Below are positions 1-6,303 of a stretch of 7,282 bases of DNA, piece after piece. Within the stretch, counting starts at the first letter, position 1; each line of letters opens with the position of its first letter. Source of the DNA: Octopus sinensis (taxonomy: Eukaryota); the NCBI RefSeq assembly GCF_006345805.1, contig NW_021828956.1:1-7282 (forward strand). The letters are read 5' to 3'. A program made the position numbers and the translations under genes. The notes under the pieces were generated by a model. That model was not told the DNA's origin and made no database searches. It worked only from the letters and a program-made list of their open reading frames with translations.

Positions 1-26
1 ACGCTGCACTTCTTAAACAGGTGAGT
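1..26 (+). other. Probable 3' end of a host-gene exon (1-20) with canonical 5' splice donor (intron starts at 21)
   Basis: AAACAG|GTGAGT at 15-26 matches the metazoan donor consensus perfectly. The upstream 20 nt are non-repetitive and open in two frames (phase 0 ...AALLKQ; phase 2 ...TLHFLN). Low-complexity intron-like DNA follows immediately. Too short to identify a product. Confidence 0.5.
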
Positions 27-28
27 GT

Positions 29-606
29 TACATATGGTATATATGTAGTATATATATATATATTAATATTAGAGAGAGAGAGAGAAGAGAGAGAGAGAGG
101 GGTGGGTGGGAGAGAGACAAATTGATAGACAAACAGGTAAACAAATATTTGAGTACGCACAGATACGGACACACAATGGATGCAAACACACAAACACACA
201 CATAAATATTTATATACACAAATCCATATGGGTATATATACATTACAGATATGCATCAATATTACGATATGGTTGTATGCATAAGTATGTAAGCATGTAT
301 GTATATTTACAAACGAACATATGCTTGCATATATGTATATGCATATCTATATACACACATATACACATGTGTTATATATATATATATATAATAATATATA
401 TATATATTATATATGTAGTATGTATGTAGATATTTGTACATGAAGGTTTATACTATATATAAATGTAAATACTGACAGATGTTACATATGGAAATGAAAT
501 AATTTTACACAATTATACATACATGTATACACAAGAATATACATACATGCACCTGTTTATGTATATATATATATAACACAACCTCACCATTTACTGACAT
601 ATGTAT

Positions 607-640
<34 letters not shown>

Positions 641-660
641 TATATATATATATACATATA
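29..660. repeat. Compound simple repeats: (TA)n, (AG)n at ~71-98, (CA)n and (TATG)n-like low complexity
   Basis: Read directly from the sequence; short unique AT-rich spacers are interspersed. Confidence 0.9.
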
Positions 661-829
661 TAAAAGTACAAACAAGAAATGCATCAGATCATATGTTTAT
701 ATATACAGTGTTCCATACCGTATGTTATTTAAGTATGACGTTAATTGAGCAGTAATTAATATACAGTTAATTGCAGTTTTGTTTTTAGTTGCTTATGAAT
801 ATCAATTAATATGCCTATATGCTTAATTG

Positions 830-946
830 CATGTATGTTATATGTATATTTATGTATAATTTTGTATACACACACAGACACACAAGCACAAATACACACA
901 CATTCATACGCATATATGTATATGTATCTATATCTATATGTATGTA

Positions 947-996
<50 letters not shown>

Positions 997-1040
997 TATG
1001 TATGTATGTATGTATGTATGTATATGAATATATGCAAATA
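830..1040. repeat. Compound microsatellite (CA)n/(TA)n/(TATG)n
   Basis: Includes a perfect (TA)19 at 953-990 and a (TATG)n run at ~997-1020. Confidence 0.95.
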
Positions 1041-1204
1041 CAAGCATATGTTTATCTGTATTCAAGCACACATGCACCGAGGTTGCTAAAGCCGCAAACA
1101 TACTGCACATTAAAATATGCACCTAGTGCTGTTGTATATACAACTGGGTATTTTGCTGAGATAAAGTGTGCTAACAGTTCAAATAAATCCATATACACTC
1201 TTGC

Positions 1205-1389
1205 ATATATTTATACATACTTATATGCATAACACATGCACATATATACATACATATATATGTATGTATGTGTATATATATATATATATATATACATACA
1301 TACATATCTATACATATATATGTATATAATATGTGTGTGTATGTATATATATATATATATATATATGTATATTATATATATATATATAT

Positions 1390-1425
<36 letters not shown>

Positions 1426-1646
1426 ATATATATACACCGGCACATGTATATGTCTATCTTTTTCTAAAACTTTTATATATGTATACAATGGCACTATATA
1501 TTTATATATATCATATATACAAAGTACATATTTTACATAACATATGTAATATAAATATGTTATATATTTATATATATATAGATACATAGATATATGTATG
1601 TATGTATATATATATATATATATGTTAGGTATGTGTATATATTATA

Positions 1647-1688
<42 letters not shown>

Positions 1689-1960
1689 AGGTATGGATGT
1701 ATATATATATATATATATATATAATAATATATAGATAGATATACATATAATATTAATATATGTATATGTATACATATATATATATATATATATCTATATA
1801 TAGATATATATATATATATATCTATATATGTATGTATGTATGTATACACACCACACAGATAGAAAGATAGATAGATAGATATGCATGTATATATGTTATG
1901 TATTTACATGTGTGTGTGTGTGTGTGTGTGTTTATGCAATTATAATAAATATATTTATAG
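1205..1960. repeat. Long compound microsatellite field: (TA)n, (TACA)n/(TATG)n, (GATA)n and (TG)n
   Basis: Read directly from the sequence; (GATA)n at ~1858-1880 and (TG)n at ~1908-1931. Confidence 0.95.
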
Positions 1961-2365
1961 AAACTTGCTGCTGCTAATCATATAAGCAAGTACAACTTGA
2001 GCTTGGTTGTGTTGTGGGTGGGGCTGTTGGCAACTCACTTGGCAACCTCACCATGTCTAAATGATGAGGAGGTTGATTTTGGGGTCACTTATCGATTGTT
2101 TGTGTTTGTGTGTGTGTGTGTACAGTTATTTTTCAGCAGTGTGTTACGACACATGCATTTGTCTCTGGACTATCTGTCCCTTCTTCCTTTTCTTGGGACA
2201 TTTTCTGCTTTCCGATGAAGAGCTATGCCCAAAACGTCAGTTTCCACTCCTGTTTTCCCCTTTGAAACCCCCACTGAAACATCACTCTAATATATTCACT
2301 GTGTATATCTAATTGATTTACGTTGGTTTTCCTTTTTTTAATTTTTGATTTGCCTACATTCATAT

Positions 2366-2674
2366 TACGTACGTACATACATATACATACATACATACAT
2401 TATAATAAGAGATACATACATACATACATACATACATACACACACCACACATACATACATGCATACATACATACATACATACATGCATACACACATACTA
2501 TATACCATACATACATACATACATACACATACATACATACCTACATACATACATATACATACATACATACATACATACATACCTACATACATACATACAT
2601 ACATACATCATACATACATATATACATACATATAGTACATACATACATACATACATACATATATACATACATAT

Positions 2675-2705
<31 letters not shown>

Positions 2706-2766
2706 CATACATACCTCCATACATACATCCTACATACATACATACATATATACATACATATATACA

Positions 2767-2797
<31 letters not shown>

Positions 2798-3118
2798 CAT
2801 ACATACATACATACATACATACATACATACATACTACATACATACATACATCATACATTATACATACATACATACATACATACATCTACATGCATACATA
2901 ATACAACAATACATACATACATACATTCATACATATATACATCATACATACATACATACAACATACATACATACATACATACTACTACATACATGCATAC
3001 ATACATACATACATACATACATACTATATAATACATACATACATACATACATACATACATACATACATTGCATGCATACAACATACATACATACTACATA
3101 CATACATACATAAACACA

Positions 3119-3152
<34 letters not shown>

Positions 3153-3170
3153 CATACATACATACATACA
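2366..3170 (+). repeat. ~805 bp imperfect (TACA)n tetranucleotide array
   Basis: Starts TACGTACGTACATAC at 2366 and continues as TACA units with scattered variants (TATA, TGCA, TACC, TAC) in one polarity up to 3170. There it abuts retrotransposon coding sequence. Confidence 0.97.
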
Positions 3171-3557
3171 TGCTGGTGAAATATTGCCATGAAAACTTCT
3201 GTCAAATGTAAGCATAACATGCCAGATATTGTTATTTGGAACAGAGGGGCAAAGGTATGTACCATCGTAGAGGTTAGCTGCCCTGCAGATATAAATATCT
3301 CTTTGAAAATCAAAGAAAAGGAGGATATCTATGGACAACTGCTTCGAAACCTCCAGCATCTATATTCAGGCTATGAATTCATATTCATACCGATAATAAT
3401 TGGAGCACAAGGTTTTGTTAGTAAATGCTTAAAGGAAAAGCTGGATCAATTGGGATTTTCAGAAAGAGAAACCGACCGGCTGATTCATACATTACAAGTG
3501 CAATCAGTGAGTGGAACAGTAAAAATGTGCAAGACATTTCTCAAGTTCCAAATGTGA
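3171..3557 (+). pseudogene. Relic RLE endonuclease coding frame; no RT domain present
   Basis: In-frame upstream of the ATG at 3189 the frame reads C-W-*-N-I-A, with TGA at 3177-3179 where such domains usually have WWN. The ATG is therefore an internal Met, not a true start. PD is at 3222-3227 and E at 3270-3272. Confidence 0.8.
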
Positions 3558-3663
3558 ATTTGTTTGTGTTAACTACATCCCAAAGATGGAGCCTTGTATC
3601 TTTGTTGGAAACTGGCTCCCTCCTCAGTGGAAGATTTATAATAATTAAAAAATAGAAGGGAAA
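3171..3663 (+). mobile_element. 5'-truncated non-LTR retrotransposon of the restriction-like endonuclease (RLE) class, most likely R4/Dong-like: C-terminal RLE domain plus ~105 nt 3' UTR
   Basis: ORF 3189-3557 reads HNMPDIVIW..K.CTIVEVSCPAD.N...K.KEK...Y..L. This is the PD-(D/E)-K pattern of the C-terminal RLE of R2/R4/NeSL/CRE-type elements, followed by a typical terminal ...SGTVKMCKTFLKF*. The 3' UTR has a GGAGCC/GGCTCC stem and an A-rich end before TACATACAT. The clade call comes from motif recall, not a search. Confidence 0.85.
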
Positions 3664-3673
3664 TACATACATT

Positions 3674-3853
3674 AGAGAAGAGAAACTGTGCACAGATGTG
3701 GAAATTAACTGCCCAGCAGATGTTAATGTAAAGCTGAAGATCAGTGGAAAAGAGAATACCTATGCTGAACTATTGAGAAATCAGTAGTTATTTTATACAG
3801 ATTACAAGTTCAGGTTTATACCAGTAATTATTGGGATTCTGGGATATGTAACA
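3674..3853 (+). mobile_element. Second, more decayed RLE-domain fragment from a related non-LTR retrotransposon subfamily
   Basis: Hand translation from 3674 gives REEKLCTDVEINCPADVNVKLKISGKENTYAELLRNQ*LFYTDYKFRFIPVIIGILGYVT. It aligns without gaps to 3243-3422 at 32/60 identical residues, with an in-frame TAG at 3785-3787. It is absent from the ORF track. Confidence 0.85.
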
Positions 3854-4074
3854 CCATATCAAAACCAGTAAATGGTTCATTGAAAAGGTTGGAATATCAG
3901 GTATTTCTGTGACAATGAAATACTGTTGCTTCTATAGTTCTCATGTCTGTGATGTCACATAGAAATCACATAGAAATTGTAGCCTAGGTGGACTAGTCAT
4001 CATTGTCCACAAAGTTATGGGTATTTAGATAAACCAGCTCCTGTATTACTCTGTGAAAGTAGTGGAACTAACAC

Positions 4075-4255
4075 AAGAACAAAAACACACACACACACAT
4101 ATGTGATGGGGTTCTGCATAGTTTCTGTCTACCAACTTCAGTTATGAGGCATTGATTGACCCAGGATTATTTAGAAGATATTTGACCAAGGTGTCGTACC
4201 GTGGGACTGAAACCAAAACCTTGTGGTTGCTGAGTGAGTTTCTTAACAACACAGT
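4075..4255 (-). mobile_element. Diverged tRNA-derived SINE, 5' part (tRNA head plus CORE-like segment)
   Basis: The minus strand reads ACTGTGTTGTTAAGAAAC...GGTTTCAGTCCCAC (B-box-like) GGTACGACACCTTGGTCAAATATCTTCT (resembles the CORE motif ACCTTGGGCAAGT) ...GGTAGACAGAAACT..., then runs into (TG)n. It resembles a common octopus CORE-type SINE as recalled; not verified. Confidence 0.65.
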
Positions 4256-4469
4256 ATTTGTGTTTGAAAGTTTGGATTCGTCAACCTTTAAGTGTTCAGC
4301 ATTCACACCTGCACAAAAAGATCAAAATCAGTGGGGCCTTGTACAGTTTGAGCTTCAAGGTTCCAGCTTAGGCAATTTCTGAAGACATCAGGTCATCAGT
4401 TCTCTTCTGAAGGCCATGAAAAATGCCAATTAGCACTGATCCCTTTCATCAATGTCATTCATTGTCTGG

Positions 4470-4650
4470 TCACGGGCAAATATTAACTTTCTTGGAAACA
4501 GGTAAGGGTTGGTGATAGAAGGAGCATCCAGCCACAGAAAATCTGCCCTACTGAATTCTATCAGACCCAGACAAGCAGGAAAAAGTGGATGTTAATACAA
4601 TGAGGATGATGATGATGATGACGATGACGACGACAATGACGAGGATGATT
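4470..4650 (+). mobile_element. 3' tail of an RTE-like LINE or RTE-tailed SINE, ending in (GAT/GAC)n
   Basis: 4507-4547 matches 6155-6195 at 31/41 nt. It is followed by ACCCAGACAAGCAGGAAAAAGTGGATGTTAA (compare ACCCATGCTAGCATGGAGGACGGACGTTAA at 6254-6283) and a GAT/GAC trinucleotide tail at 4605-4649. The 5' boundary is uncertain. Confidence 0.6.
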
Positions 4651-4682
4651 TCTAAGCTGAGCAAAATAAGCAGATAGTCATT

Positions 4683-4755
4683 TTTAGTCATGCCCCAACA
4701 TGGTCACAGTCTAATGACTAAACCCAAAAAACAAAAAAAATTTTTTAAAAAAAAG
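4683..4755 (+). mobile_element. Short retroposon 3'-end fragment (stem-loop plus A-rich tail)
   Basis: Perfect 9-bp inverted repeat TTTAGTCAT (4683-4691) / ATGACTAAA (4714-4722), followed by CCCAAAAAACAAAAAAAA. ATGCCCCAACATGGTCACAGTCTAATGACT resembles an octopus SINE 3' end as recalled. Confidence 0.4.
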
Positions 4756-4788
4756 CAAACAAATTAATAAATAAATAATGATAATTGT

Positions 4789-5056
4789 TGTGGGAGAATC
4801 CTGAACACCCCCACATGATTGAAGGTGGACTCACCGATTTGCAATAACTAAGAACTAAGTGAACTGTCAGGTGGGGGTAGCTGATGGTGTTCGTTGGACC
4901 GTGTTGGTTTAACAGTCGGAAGTTGAACAGTGAATACTGACTATTGTACCTGTGTTTGAGTTGTACGGAGTGCGTTCTGTGTTAACAGATAATTCTGCAA
5001 CGGGTTATTTTTAGATAACCACAACCATTTATTTATTTATGCAAAACCATTTCACA
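4789..5056. repeat. Unclassified ~270 bp non-simple segment, possibly a solo LTR
   Basis: Higher-GC, non-coding block bounded by TGTG (4789) and CACA (5056) among retroelement relics. No target-site duplication was found. Confidence 0.25.
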
Positions 5057-5488
5057 GCAGACGAGTATACCTATTTCTTTACTGCCCACAAGGGGCTAAA
5101 CACAGAGGGGACAAACAAGGACAGATAAACGGATTAAGTCGATTACATCGACCCCAGTGCGTAACTGGTACTTTAGTTTATCGACCCCGAAAGTATGAAA
5201 GGCAAAGTTGACCTCAGTGGAATTTGAACTCAGAATGTAACAGCAGACGAAATACCTATTTCTTTACTACCCCCAAGGGGCTAAACATACTGAGGACAAA
5301 CAAGGACAGACAAATGGATTAAGTCGATTATATCGACCCCAGTGCATAACTGGTACTTAATTTATCGACCCCGAAAGGATGAAAGGCAAAGTCGACCTTA
5401 GCGGAATTTGAACTCAGAACGTAAAGACAGACGAAATACTGCTAAGCATTTCGTCTGGCACACTAACGTTTCTGCCAGCTCGCCACCC
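5055..5488 (-). mobile_element. tRNA-derived SINE with an internally duplicated ~185 bp body (head plus two units)
   Basis: The minus strand starts GGTGGCGAGCTGGCAGAAACGTTAG (A box at 5467-5477), with B box GAGTTCAAATTCC at 5403-5415 and again at 5219-5231. Units 5055-5240 and 5241-5424 are ~90% identical by hand alignment. The segment GCCTTTCATCCTTTCGGGGTCGATAAATTAAGTACCAG resembles the conserved central domain of Meta/MESC-type SINEs; the domain name is from memory. Confidence 0.85.
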
Positions 5489-5712
5489 TACATGTATACC
5501 CTTGTCATAACATTGATGTAACAGAGTTTTTCAGTTCCAAAAGAAGGATCTGGAATGTAAGATGCAGATGTGGTCAGATGGTCAATGAAGATTATGAGGT
5601 GGGGGTTGTTGGCGGGGGTGGGGTGGTACTCAGTTTGTTGGTTCGGTGGAGCAGAAATTGTTGTAATGGTAAAAGAAACAATAAGCACAATGTGCCTGTG
5701 GTGTAGGATGTA

Positions 5713-5835
5713 TTGTTGATATTGTTGTTGTTGTTAAGCCTCTGGTCAACCTGATCCAGCAGCCGAGGATGAAATGCATCCCTGCCTTCTTTTTCAGATT
5801 TGGGGTTTAGATTTAAAAGTATATTATCCAGTGTG
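5713..5835 (-). mobile_element. Degraded retroposon 3' end with (CAA)n tail
   Basis: The minus strand reads ...CTGCTGGATCAGGTTGACCAGAGGCTTAACAACAACAACAATATCAACAA, unique sequence running into a trinucleotide tail. It resembles an octopus SINE end as recalled (..GACCTGGGGCTAAACAACAAC). Confidence 0.4.
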
Positions 5836-5989
5836 TCATATATACACACATACATACATACTTTCATATGCATACATACAGTACAATGTTAAATAGAGTG
5901 GAATGAGTTTATATTTAATTCTCTTGTATAAGATAGGAAGGAAAATAAGATAGAAAGAAAAAATAGAGAGAAAATAAATAATAACATTT

Positions 5990-6303
5990 GTGGCACATAA
6001 AAAGCACCATCCGAATGTGGCCGATGCCAGCGCTGCTTTGACTGGCTTCCGTGCCGGTGGCACATTAAAAACACCAACCGATTGTGGCCAATGCCAGACT
6101 CCCCTGGCACCTGTATCGGTGGAACGTAAAAAGCACCCACTACACTTGCGGAGTGGTTGGCGTTAGGAAGCGCATCCAGCTGTAGAAACACTGCCAGATC
6201 AGACTGGAGCCTGGTGCAGCCCCTGGCTTCCCAGACCCCAGTCGAACCGTCCAACCCATGCTAGCATGGAGGACGGACGTTAAACAACAATGATGATGAT
6301 TAT
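5990..6303 (+). mobile_element. 3' UTR/terminus of an RTE-like LINE (5'-truncated) with internal 62-67 bp subrepeats and (GAT)n tail
   Basis: Subrepeats begin GTGG(C/A)AC..AAAA(A/G)CACC at 5990, 6057 and 6119. Next come GGTTGGCGTTAGGAAGCGCATCCAGCTGTAGAAAC (RTE-type motif), the perfect 14-bp palindrome CCATGCTAGCATGG at 6256-6269 and the tail GGACGTTAAACAACAATGATGATGAT. Short tandem-repeat tails are characteristic of the RTE clade. No ORF remnant is visible. Confidence 0.7.

Noticed and set aside
2137-2165. Peptide QCVTTHAFV faintly resembling the neurotrophin CTTTHTFV motif
   Set aside because: The match is only 9 residues, and none of the other cystine-knot cysteines or conserved residues follow in frame.
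28-3359. Numerous 60-190 aa ORFs rich in YI/HT/MYVC repeats (also 7035..7220)
   Set aside because: They are translations of (TA)n, (CA)n and (TACA)n tracts, which lack stop codons in most frames. There is no coding complexity.
3189-3557. ORF as a stand-alone endonuclease gene
   Set aside because: The ATG is internal to a longer decayed frame (stop at 3177-3179 in a conserved WW position). It has no promoter context and is fused directly to a microsatellite, so it is a truncated retrotransposon end.
3898-3977. Small inverted repeat GTATTTC/GAAATAC (3901-3923) and 11-bp tandem duplication TCACATAGAAA x2 (3955-3976); also CATCCAGT x2 at 6999-7014
   Set aside because: Short and isolated; expected by chance or from ordinary slippage duplication in AT-rich DNA.
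4152-4382. 76 aa ORF on the + strand
   Set aside because: It starts at a non-ATG codon, its first third is the antisense of a SINE head, and the remainder has no recognisable homology.
5055-5440. Tandem ~185 bp units as a CRISPR array or a hammerhead retrozyme
   Set aside because: The context is eukaryotic, with long near-identical units and no unique spacers. A CTGAGGA word occurs only in unit 2 (5290-5296), is absent from unit 1, and lacks the stem II/GAAA core of a hammerhead. Pol III A/B boxes explain the element as a SINE.
5400-5488. Possible tRNA gene on the minus strand (also 4190-4255)
   Set aside because: A and B boxes are present, but no complete cloverleaf or acceptor stem forms, and the sequence continues into a SINE body.
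5598-5626. G-rich tract as a G-quadruplex (also 99-110 and 2023-2034)
   Set aside because: It has only three runs of three or more G, so the canonical four-run pattern is not met.
5584-5649. + strand peptide NEDYEVGVVGGGGVVLSLLVRW resembling a Ras-family P-loop or Rossmann motif
   Set aside because: The essential GKS/T is missing, no downstream GTPase motifs follow, and G/T-rich DNA yields Gly/Val by chance.
5488-5873. Minus-strand ORFs 5592..5873 and 5488..5688 (Asn/Thr/Pro-rich)
   Set aside because: The first starts in a TATG microsatellite, and its poly-Asn is a (CAA)n retroposon-like tail. Neither has a recognisable domain or clear splice boundaries.
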